64,000 nucleotides of DNA from Fimbriimonas sp. (GTDB lineage: Bacteria; Armatimonadota; Fimbriimonadia; Fimbriimonadales; Fimbriimonadaceae), in NCBI GenBank assembly GCA_965249475.1, contig CBDFMD010000003.1:1868561-1932560 (forward strand). The letters are read 5' to 3'. Positions within the stretch are counted from its first letter, which is position 1. Each line of letters opens with the position of its first letter. Both the position numbers and the translations under genes were made by a program. The notes under the pieces were generated by a model. The model did not search any database. It was given only the letters and a program-made list of their open reading frames with translations, and was not told where the DNA came from. Of this stretch, positions 9,845 through 19,223 are shown in pieces.

Positions 9845-10374
9845 TCAGCGGGTCGCGGCGCCGGAGGCCGGGGGGGTTCCGGCGGTCGCGGGCGAGACGG
9901 GGGTTCCGTCGGCGCGGACGGTGCGGCGGAAGGGGGTGGTCACGCCGTCGTAGGCAAGGTCGAACTCGTCGCCCCTCACGACGTAGCTGTAGGGCGCCTC
10001 GCTCTTCATCCGGGCGCGGAAGGCCCAGATCACGGGGGCGACCTTCAGGGCGACGGCGGTGCGGGAACGTTCGGGGACGTTGTACTCGGGGGTGATCTCG
10101 TCGAGAGTCGGAGTGGAAGACGCCGGCTTTGGCGGTGTACCGGCCTTTGAGGGTCATCACCACGGTGCCGTTCGACGCGGAGATGGTCGTCGTCCCATGC
10201 CGGTTGCCGTCCTTCGCGAGCCCCAGGTGGGCGAGGGAGCCGCTCGGATCGGTCGCCTCGTAGGTTCCGAAGATCGCCGGATCGTGGTCGCCGCGCCTGC
10301 AACCCGCCCCGAGGAAGGCGAGGGCGGCGAGGGCGCAGAGCTTTCGGGGGCCGCCGCGGCGCGGCGACGCTCAC
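9845..10374 (-). pseudogene. Frameshifted fifth member of the lipocalin-like lipoprotein family
   Basis: Three reverse frames must be joined:
- VSVAAPRRPPK (GTG at 10374).
- ...KLCALAALAFLGAGC (lipobox) RRGDHDPAIFGTYEATDPSGSL...MTLKGRYTAKAGV.
- ...TPTLDEITPEYNVPERSRTAVALKVAPVIWAFRARMKSEAPYSYVVRGDEFDLAYDGVTTPF...*

The breaks lie near a C5 run (about 10345) and near 10110-10130. Confidence 0.55.
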
Positions 10375-10433
10375 CCTGGGCTCTTCGCCTCCGGACGCGC
10401 GCGGGGGCGGGGTTTTCGGGTCCACTCCTCGCG

Positions 10434-11171
10434 TTGCCCTCGCGCCCCGCGTCCCCGCCTCTCTCCCCTTTCGATCTCGCCTCGGCGGCGGCGTCGCTCG
10501 GGATCGTGCTCACGGACGAGCAGACCGGCGCGTTCGCGCGGTTCGAGGAGGCGCTCTACCGCGCGAACGAGGCGACGAACCTCACGCGGGTGCCGCGGGA
10601 GGAGTGCGGCGTGCGGCATTTTCTCGACTCTCTTCTCGTCGCGCCGCTCCTGCCGCCGGGGGCGGAGGTGCTCGATCTCGGGACGGGGCCGGGGTTTCCG
10701 GCGTGGCCGCTCGCGCGGGCGCGGGGGGATCTTGCCGTGACGGCGCTCGATTCGGCGGGGAAGATGGTGCGGTTCTTGCGCTCGCAGGCCCTGCCGAACC
10801 TGGAGGTGCTCCAGGGGCGGGCGGAGGAGTGGGAGGAGCGGGAGGCGTTCGACGTCGTGACGGGGCGGGCGGTCGCGCCGCTCGCGGTGCAGCTGGAGCT
10901 CTCGGCGGGGCTTGCGCGGATCGGGGGGGCGGTGATCCCGATGCGGACGCCGGGGGACGATCCCGAGGGGGTGGAGCTGGGGCCGCTGGGGTTGGAGCTG
11001 GAGTCGGTGCGGGAGGCGACGCTTCCCGTGATCGAGGCGGCGCGGGTCTTTCCGGTGTACCGGAAGGTGCGGCCGACGGACGGGGCGTACCCGCGGCGGT
11101 GGGCGGAGATCCGGGAGTCGCCGCTCGTGCGGGGCGGGGGCAGGGAGCCTCATCCGGACGATCCGGCGTAG
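10434..11171 (+). CDS. rsmG: 16S rRNA (guanine527-N7)-methyltransferase RsmG (GidB)
   Basis: C-terminal part of ORF 10059..11171. LGIVLTDEQTGAFARFEEALYRANEATNLTRV...FLDSL...VLDLGTGPGFPAWPLA...DSAGKMVRFL...GRAEE...FDVVTGRAVAPL matches the RsmG layout. There is no in-frame ATG, so TTG at 10434 is proposed and the start is uncertain. Confidence 0.8.
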   Translation: MPSRPASPPLSPFDLASAAASLGIVLTDEQTGAFARFEEALYRANEATNLTRVPREECGVRHFLDSLLVAPLLPPGAEVLDLGTGPGFPAWPLARARGDLAVTALDSAGKMVRFLRSQALPNLEVLQGRAEEWEEREAFDVVTGRAVAPLAVQLELSAGLARIGGAVIPMRTPGDDPEGVELGPLGLELESVREATLPVIEAARVFPVYRKVRPTDGAYPRRWAEIRESPLVRGGGREPHPDDPA

Positions 11172-11183
11172 AAGCGGGGAGCC

Positions 11184-14034
<2,851 letters not shown>

Positions 14035-14044
14035 GGAGGCGGGG

Positions 14045-14743
14045 GTGAGGCGGTTCGGTCTGACGCCCGAGGCGCTCGCGCGGCTGACGTATCCGCAGAC
14101 GATGGTCTTTCTGGGTTCGCTCGCGGCGACGCTGACGCTTCTCTCGCTCGTGGTGCGGATGCGGGCGACGTACCGGTACGATCTCGCGGCGACGCTGTGC
14201 CTTCAGCGGCTGGAGTCGCCTCTGCTCACGAAGATCGCGCGGGGGGCGACGTTCCTCGGGAACGCGACGACGGTCGTCGGGATCGCGGTGCTCCTCTTCG
14301 TCGCCTTCGCCGCGCTCGGGCGGATCGAGGCGGGGATCCTCGTGGGGCTCTCGCTCTTCGCGCTCCCGCTCAACGCGGTTCTGAAGAGCCTCTTCTCCCG
14401 TCAGCGCCCGGGGGAGGCGGGTCCGGTGGAGGAGGACGAGCGGGAGAAGGGGGTCCGGGTATATGGGGGGCCGCGGTGGGGGTTCTCGTTCCCGAGCGGG
14501 CACTCGATGGCGTCGTCGGCGTTCTACGGGACCGTCGCGACGATGGGTTGGCTTCTGGTGCCGGGGGAGCCGCTCCGCTCGGTGGTGGCGGGGGGGCTCG
14601 TGGTCGTCCCGTTCGTGTGCGGGATCTCGCGGATCTATCTCGGAGCCCACTGGCTTTCGGACGTGGTGGCGGGTTGGACGGGCGGGGCGCTCGTCGCGCT
14701 CGCGGCGAGCGCGCTCTACGCGCCGCTCGCGTTCCCGGGTTGA
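14045..14743 (+). CDS. PAP2-family phosphatase (membrane)
   Basis: GTG start. Multiple TM helices. PAP2 motifs KSLFSRQRP, PSGHS and SRIYLGAHWLSDVVAG. Confidence 0.8.
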   Translation: MRRFGLTPEALARLTYPQTMVFLGSLAATLTLLSLVVRMRATYRYDLAATLCLQRLESPLLTKIARGATFLGNATTVVGIAVLLFVAFAALGRIEAGILVGLSLFALPLNAVLKSLFSRQRPGEAGPVEEDEREKGVRVYGGPRWGFSFPSGHSMASSAFYGTVATMGWLLVPGEPLRSVVAGGLVVVPFVCGISRIYLGAHWLSDVVAGWTGGALVALAASALYAPLAFPG

Positions 14744-15315
14744 TCCTCGCTGGCGGCGTCCTCGGGGATCGTCACGCGGGCGTAGAGGTCGTCGAGGCGG
14801 AGGGGTTCGGCGAAGGGGCCGAAACGGGCCTCGGCGCCGGGGCGTGCGATGAGGACGGAGGTCCAGCCGAGTTCGGTCCGCTCGTAGATCTCGACGAGGC
14901 GCGCGTCGGAGGCGACGAGGACGTAGGCCTGGAGGGAGGGAAGTGAGCGGTAGAGCTCGGCCTTGCGCCCGCGGTCGCGCTCCTCGGTGGTGCGGGAGAG
15001 GACCTCGAAGACGACGCTCGGGTTCTCGAGAAAGGTGATGGGGTTGTCCACGAGGGTCGGGTCGCAGGCGAAGATCGCGTCGGGGAAGAGGTAGGACTCG
15101 CCGGGGAAGCGGATGGCGACGTTGGAGGTGAGGGGGCCGCACGAGGCGGTCTCCTGACAGTAGAGGAAGCGGAAGATCGCGGCCTCCAGCAGGCCGTTCC
15201 GCGCTTTGCCGCCCGCCATCGCGTAGACGGCGCCGTCCACGACCTCGACGCGGCCTTCGGCCTTCGCGATGAGGTCCACGTAGCCGCGGGGGGCGAGGGA
15301 TCGGACGGCGGCCAT
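14716..15315 (-). CDS. Uma2-family (DUF820) endonuclease-like protein, copy 1
   Basis: 199 aa. LFPDAIFAC...NPSVVFEVLSRTTEERDRGRKAELYRSLPSLQAYVLV...VEIY is the typical Uma2 PD-(D/E)xK core. Confidence 0.75.
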   Translation of the reverse strand: MAAVRSLAPRGYVDLIAKAEGRVEVVDGAVYAMAGGKARNGLLEAAIFRFLYCQETASCGPLTSNVAIRFPGESYLFPDAIFACDPTLVDNPITFLENPSVVFEVLSRTTEERDRGRKAELYRSLPSLQAYVLVASDARLVEIYERTELGWTSVLIARPGAEARFGPFAEPLRLDDLYARVTIPEDAASEDQPGNASGA

Positions 15316-15324
15316 GGGGGGATT

Positions 15325-15741
15325 CTACATCGGGGGCAGAGCGTCCCAGATCGCGCGGTCGGCGAACTCGACGGAGTGGCCGTCGGGGTCGCGGAAGTAG
15401 AGGGAGCGGCCGCCCTGAGCGGGGCGGACCTCGCTCTCGACGGCGATGCCCCTTTCGGTAAGCCGGTGGTGCCAGACGTCGAGCTCCTCGGGGGGGACGG
15501 AGAAGGCGAGGTGCTGGCGGCCCCCGGCGTCGTGGCCGGGGATCCTTCCACCGGGGGTGCTCTCGCCCCCGGTGGAGAGGCCGCGGGCGAAGAGGAGGAG
15601 GATGCGTCCGTCAGCGAGGCGGAGGGCGCACATGCGTCTCTCGGCGAGGACGGTCGGGGCTTCGAGGAGATCGCCGTAGAAGGTCTCGCTCCGGTCGAGG
15701 TCGGTCACGTAGAGGGCGGTTTCGAGAAGGGCGAGGGTCAT
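15325..15741 (-). CDS. VOC-family (glyoxalase/bleomycin-resistance/dioxygenase) protein
   Basis: 138 aa. LYVTDLDRSETFYGDLL...HLAFSV...SLYFRDPDGHSVEF. Confidence 0.8.
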   Translation of the reverse strand: MTLALLETALYVTDLDRSETFYGDLLEAPTVLAERRMCALRLADGRILLLFARGLSTGGESTPGGRIPGHDAGGRQHLAFSVPPEELDVWHHRLTERGIAVESEVRPAQGGRSLYFRDPDGHSVEFADRAIWDALPPM

Positions 15742-15807
15742 CGGTCGAGTTCTACGCGGCGGCGGATCGAGGTCTTCGCCGGGTTGCGCCCTCAGCCGGG
15801 GCGTGGT

Positions 15808-16770
15808 TCAGGGTTGGGGACGGAGGGAGTTCACGCCGACATAGGCGACGGTGAAGAGCCCTGACACGGCGGCGATCCAAGCGAGCGGATGGAGCCCGGG
15901 TTCGCCTCCTCTCCCGGTCGCGACGAACACGAGATCGTGTTGCGGCTCCAGCCCGAACTTCGGGTCGTCGTACGCCGTCACGACGGGGTTGGGCGGGAGA
16001 TCGTAGGTGCGGAGGCCGAGGTCCTTGGCGAGAGACGCACAGAGGGTCGGACCGAGCCGCGCGCGGCCGAGTCCGGCACCGCTCCAGGGGCGATCGCCGA
16101 CCTTTCCAGCGAGGGGAACGTCGCTCACCAGGAAGAGGCGGAGCTTGGATCCCGAGCCGCCGTTCTCCTTCGGAACCGCGTAGGGGGCGAAAGGAACATC
16201 GGTCCCGAAGGTCATCCGGATCGGACCCGTGGCGCGGTTCGCGTCCTTCTTGAGCTTGAAGGCGGTGATCGTCCAGCGTCGCTCCAGATACGGCGCGGCC
16301 CAAGCTTCAAGCCAATCAGGGCAGGGAAAGTCGTTGTCCTTAAGCCACGCTTTGAGGGCGGGGGCATCTCCCGCCTGGAGAACGGCGGCGGTGTACGAAC
16401 CAACGTCGACCATCTCGACGACGGTCACGGCTCGGGGCGGTTCGGCGGCCGCGCCCCCTTGCGATCCAAACCCGCCCCGGTTCTTCGTCCACTGCGGAGG
16501 GACGCAGAGCTTGGTCAGTTTGTCAAAGGCGTCGGTCGAGACGGATGCGATCTTGGGAACGGTGGGTGTCGGAGCGAGGAAGCCGACGTCGCCGTCGGCT
16601 TTGAAACGAGCGTTGCGGACGAAGTGCTCGACGCGCTCGACCGAATCCCAGATCACGATGTCGCTCTGGCCATCGAAGACGACGGGGACGGGGGTCGAGG
16701 AGACTCCGCCGCAGGCAAGGGCGCGTCCGGTTAGAACGGCGACGAAGGCGGCGGCACAGACGGCTCGCAT
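15808..16770 (-). CDS. DUF2330-like secreted protein with C-terminal anchor
   Basis: 320 aa. Signal peptide ends in ...ALACGG, as DUF2330 proteins typically do. C-terminal hydrophobic helix (LHPLAWIAAVSGLFTVAYVGV). Confidence 0.55.
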   Translation of the reverse strand: MRAVCAAAFVAVLTGRALACGGVSSTPVPVVFDGQSDIVIWDSVERVEHFVRNARFKADGDVGFLAPTPTVPKIASVSTDAFDKLTKLCVPPQWTKNRGGFGSQGGAAAEPPRAVTVVEMVDVGSYTAAVLQAGDAPALKAWLKDNDFPCPDWLEAWAAPYLERRWTITAFKLKKDANRATGPIRMTFGTDVPFAPYAVPKENGGSGSKLRLFLVSDVPLAGKVGDRPWSGAGLGRARLGPTLCASLAKDLGLRTYDLPPNPVVTAYDDPKFGLEPQHDLVFVATGRGGEPGLHPLAWIAAVSGLFTVAYVGVNSLRPQP

Positions 16771-16813
16771 CCTTGGGGTTTACCAGATCGTTCGCATCGT
16801 GCCGACGCGCGAC

Positions 16814-17704
16814 TCAGCCCCTTCCGTCCCAATCGGGGCTGGCGGCTTCGCTCCAGCGGAGGCGGATCGCTTTGAACTCGTCGTCGGGGAGCGGGCCGGC
16901 GGCGAGGAGGGCGGCGTTCGCGGCCCAACGCTCGGGCTTGGCGGTGCCGACGATCATGGTGCTCACGCCGGGGATCGTCGCGGTGAAGCGCATGGCGGTG
17001 GCGACGTCGTTCCTCTCGCCGAGGAAGTCGTAGGCGAGCTCGTCGAGGCGGAGTTTGTAGGGCCAGCCGTAGTCGCCCTCCTTCGTACCGGGCTTCCAAG
17101 CGGCGTTCGCAATGGGGCGCTTGACGATGACGCCCATGCCCGCCTCGTGGGCGTCGCGGACCCAGCCGTCGATGCCGTTCTGGTCGGCGATGGAGGCAGA
17201 GGTCTGGAGGGTGTCGAAGGCACCGGTGCTCACGGCGTAGGTCGCGGCGGCGTTGTCGCCGGAGTAGCCGACGAAGCGGGTCTTGCCCGCCTCGCGGGCG
17301 CGGATGAGGACCTCGACGACGTCGCCCGCGCGGAGGGTCGCCTCGTCGCAGGTATGGAGCTGGACGAGATCGACGTGATCCACCTTCAGGCGCTGGAGGG
17401 AACGGTCGATGGACCTCGCGAGGGTGGCGGGGTCCCAATCCTGCCCGCCGAGGGCCTCCCCCTCGTGGCCGCACTTCGTGAAGAGGTGGAAGTCGCCGCG
17501 GCGGGCGGCGACGGCGCGGCCGATCTTCTCCTCGGACTCGCGGTAGCACTCGGCGGTGTCGATGACGTTGAGCCCCGCGTCGAGGGCGGCGTTGAGGAGA
17601 CGCTCCACGGTGTCCTGAGAGACGGCGGGGTCGCCGATCTCGGCGCCGCCGAAGCCGAGGAGGCTCACCTTCAGGCCGGTGCGGCCGAGTTCGCGTTGTT
17701 CCAT
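16814..17704 (-). CDS. Aldo/keto reductase
   Basis: MEQRELGRTGLKVSLLGFGGAEIG...NVIDTAECYRESEEKIG. 296 aa. Confidence 0.88.
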   Translation of the reverse strand: MEQRELGRTGLKVSLLGFGGAEIGDPAVSQDTVERLLNAALDAGLNVIDTAECYRESEEKIGRAVAARRGDFHLFTKCGHEGEALGGQDWDPATLARSIDRSLQRLKVDHVDLVQLHTCDEATLRAGDVVEVLIRAREAGKTRFVGYSGDNAAATYAVSTGAFDTLQTSASIADQNGIDGWVRDAHEAGMGVIVKRPIANAAWKPGTKEGDYGWPYKLRLDELAYDFLGERNDVATAMRFTATIPGVSTMIVGTAKPERWAANAALLAAGPLPDDEFKAIRLRWSEAASPDWDGRG

Positions 17705-17713
17705 ACGGGGGGT

Positions 17714-18334
17714 CTACGAGGCGGGGGTCTCGTCGGTCGGCTCCTCGGAGGCGTTTTCGGGGGCGCTCAGGCGATCGAAGTTCGCGTAGAGGGCGTCGAG
17801 GGGAAGCTCGGCGTCGCCGACGAGGAGGCGGGCGACTTCGCCGGGGCGGAAGACGCGGAGGCGCCAGCCGTCGCCGTCGCGGCGGTAGACCTCGATGCGC
17901 CGTTCGTCGGTCGCGGCGAGGACGATCTCGCCGAGGGAAGGGACGGAGGCGTAGGCGTCGAACTTCGCGGTGCGGTCGCGGTGCTCGGTCGTCGGGGAGA
18001 GGACCTCGACGATGCTGAGGGGGTTGAGGAGGACGTCGCCCCCTTCGAAGCGGGGGTCGCAGGCGAAGGAGAGGTCGGGGTAGAGGTAGCCCGCTCCGAG
18101 GATGCGGACCTTCATGACGGAGGAGAAGGTCGTGCAACCTGAGTCCCTCACCCGCGCGAACGTGATGCCGGAGATCTGGGTCGGAAGGTTCGCGTGGACA
18201 GGGGTCCCGCCCGGCATCATGGTGACGACGCCGTGGAGGAGCTCGGCGCGCGTCTCAAGGTCGGGGTCGCGCTCGCGGGCGAGGTACTCCTCGTCGGTGA
18301 CGAGAGTCGGGCGAGGCGGGGCGATCGTCGCCAT
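17714..18334 (-). CDS. Uma2-family endonuclease-like protein, copy 2
   Basis: 206 aa. TDEEYLARE...ELLHGVV...YPDLSFAC...PLSIVEVLSPTTEHRDRTAKFDAYASVPSLGEIVL...IEVYRR. Confidence 0.8.
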   Translation of the reverse strand: MATIAPPRPTLVTDEEYLARERDPDLETRAELLHGVVTMMPGGTPVHANLPTQISGITFARVRDSGCTTFSSVMKVRILGAGYLYPDLSFACDPRFEGGDVLLNPLSIVEVLSPTTEHRDRTAKFDAYASVPSLGEIVLAATDERRIEVYRRDGDGWRLRVFRPGEVARLLVGDAELPLDALYANFDRLSAPENASEEPTDETPAS

Positions 18335-18344
18335 GGGGCGAAGA

Positions 18345-18530
18345 TTACTTCGTGGAGTGGGGGCCCTGGGACTCGTTCTTCGCGCCCTCGCGCTTGGCGG
18401 ACTCCTGGTGCTTCGTGGCGTCGGTCTTCGGGGTGCCCTGCTCCTCGGGCTTCGAGGCGTGGCCCTCGCTCGTCCGGTGCTCCTTGTGGCCCTTGCCCTC
18501 TCCGTCCTTCTTCTTGCGATCGCTCGACAT
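18345..18530 (-). CDS. Small highly hydrophilic K/E/H-rich protein (hydrophilin-like)
   Basis: 61 aa (MSSDRKKKDGEGKGHKEHRTSEGHASKPEEQGTPKTDATKHQESAKREGAKNESQGPHSTK). Strong G/C third-position bias despite the Lys/Glu-rich composition. Packed 9-11 nt from both flanking Uma2 genes. Confidence 0.55.
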   Translation of the reverse strand: MSSDRKKKDGEGKGHKEHRTSEGHASKPEEQGTPKTDATKHQESAKREGAKNESQGPHSTK

Positions 18531-18538
18531 GGATCGTC

Positions 18539-19123
18539 CTACCGCTCGGAGGCGGGGATCGTCGGCAGATCGGTTTCTTCCCCCTCGAAGGCGACGCCGT
18601 CGTAGAGGTCGGCGAGTGGGATCAGGATATGGAGGCTCTCGAGGACGAGGTGGGCGTCGGAGCCGACGATGGGATGGGCTTCCCAGCCTAAGGCGCCGCG
18701 CCGGTAGACGGTGAGGGAGGGGGCGTCGCTGGAGAGGAGGACGTACTCACGAACCGTCGGGATCGTGAAGTAGGCGAGCGCCTTCTCGCCGAGGTCGCGC
18801 GACTGAGTGCCCGGAGAGATGACCTCGAAGATCACGGTCGGATTGTCTACGACGCCTTGGCGCGCGCTTACGACGCGGGGGGGGCAGGCGACCATCCCGT
18901 CGGGATAGTAAAACGATTCGGTCGCGTCCACGCGGAGCTTCACGTTAGCGCCGAGGAAACGGCACGATCTGCCTTTGAGAGCCGCCGGGACCTTGGCGGC
19001 GAGGTTGTCGCACACGACGTTGTGGCCGTAACTCGCCCCCGCCATCGCGCGCGCGCCGCTCGGGGAGAACTCGTGCCTGAACTCCTGGCGCTCTTCCCAA
19101 AGGAGGAACGCCTCGGAGGTCAT
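18539..19123 (-). CDS. Uma2-family endonuclease-like protein, copy 3
   Basis: Probable start is the ATG at 19123 (MTSEAFLLWEERQEF...). YPDGMVAC...NPTVIFEVISPGTQSRDLGEKALAYFTIPTVREYVLL...LTVYRR. The upstream ATG at 19171 abuts the terminator hairpin. Confidence 0.8.
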   Translation of the reverse strand: MTSEAFLLWEERQEFRHEFSPSGARAMAGASYGHNVVCDNLAAKVPAALKGRSCRFLGANVKLRVDATESFYYPDGMVACPPRVVSARQGVVDNPTVIFEVISPGTQSRDLGEKALAYFTIPTVREYVLLSSDAPSLTVYRRGALGWEAHPIVGSDAHLVLESLHILIPLADLYDGVAFEGEETDLPTIPASER

Positions 19124-19169
19124 CGGCACGAGAACGGGGGCGGCGACCACGACCAAGTATAGCCGACGC

Positions 19170-19201
19170 AAAAACCCCTCCTCAGCGGGGCTGGGGAGGG
19201 G
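19170..19201 (-). terminator. Rho-independent terminator downstream of ppdK
   Basis: On the minus strand: CCCCTCC-(13 nt loop)-GGAGGGG followed by TTTTT. On the plus strand: aaaaaCCCCTCC...GGAGGGG at 19170-19201. It starts 22 nt after the ppdK stop. Confidence 0.6.
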
Positions 19202-19223
19202 CTCTCTCGTGCGCGATCCGGCC

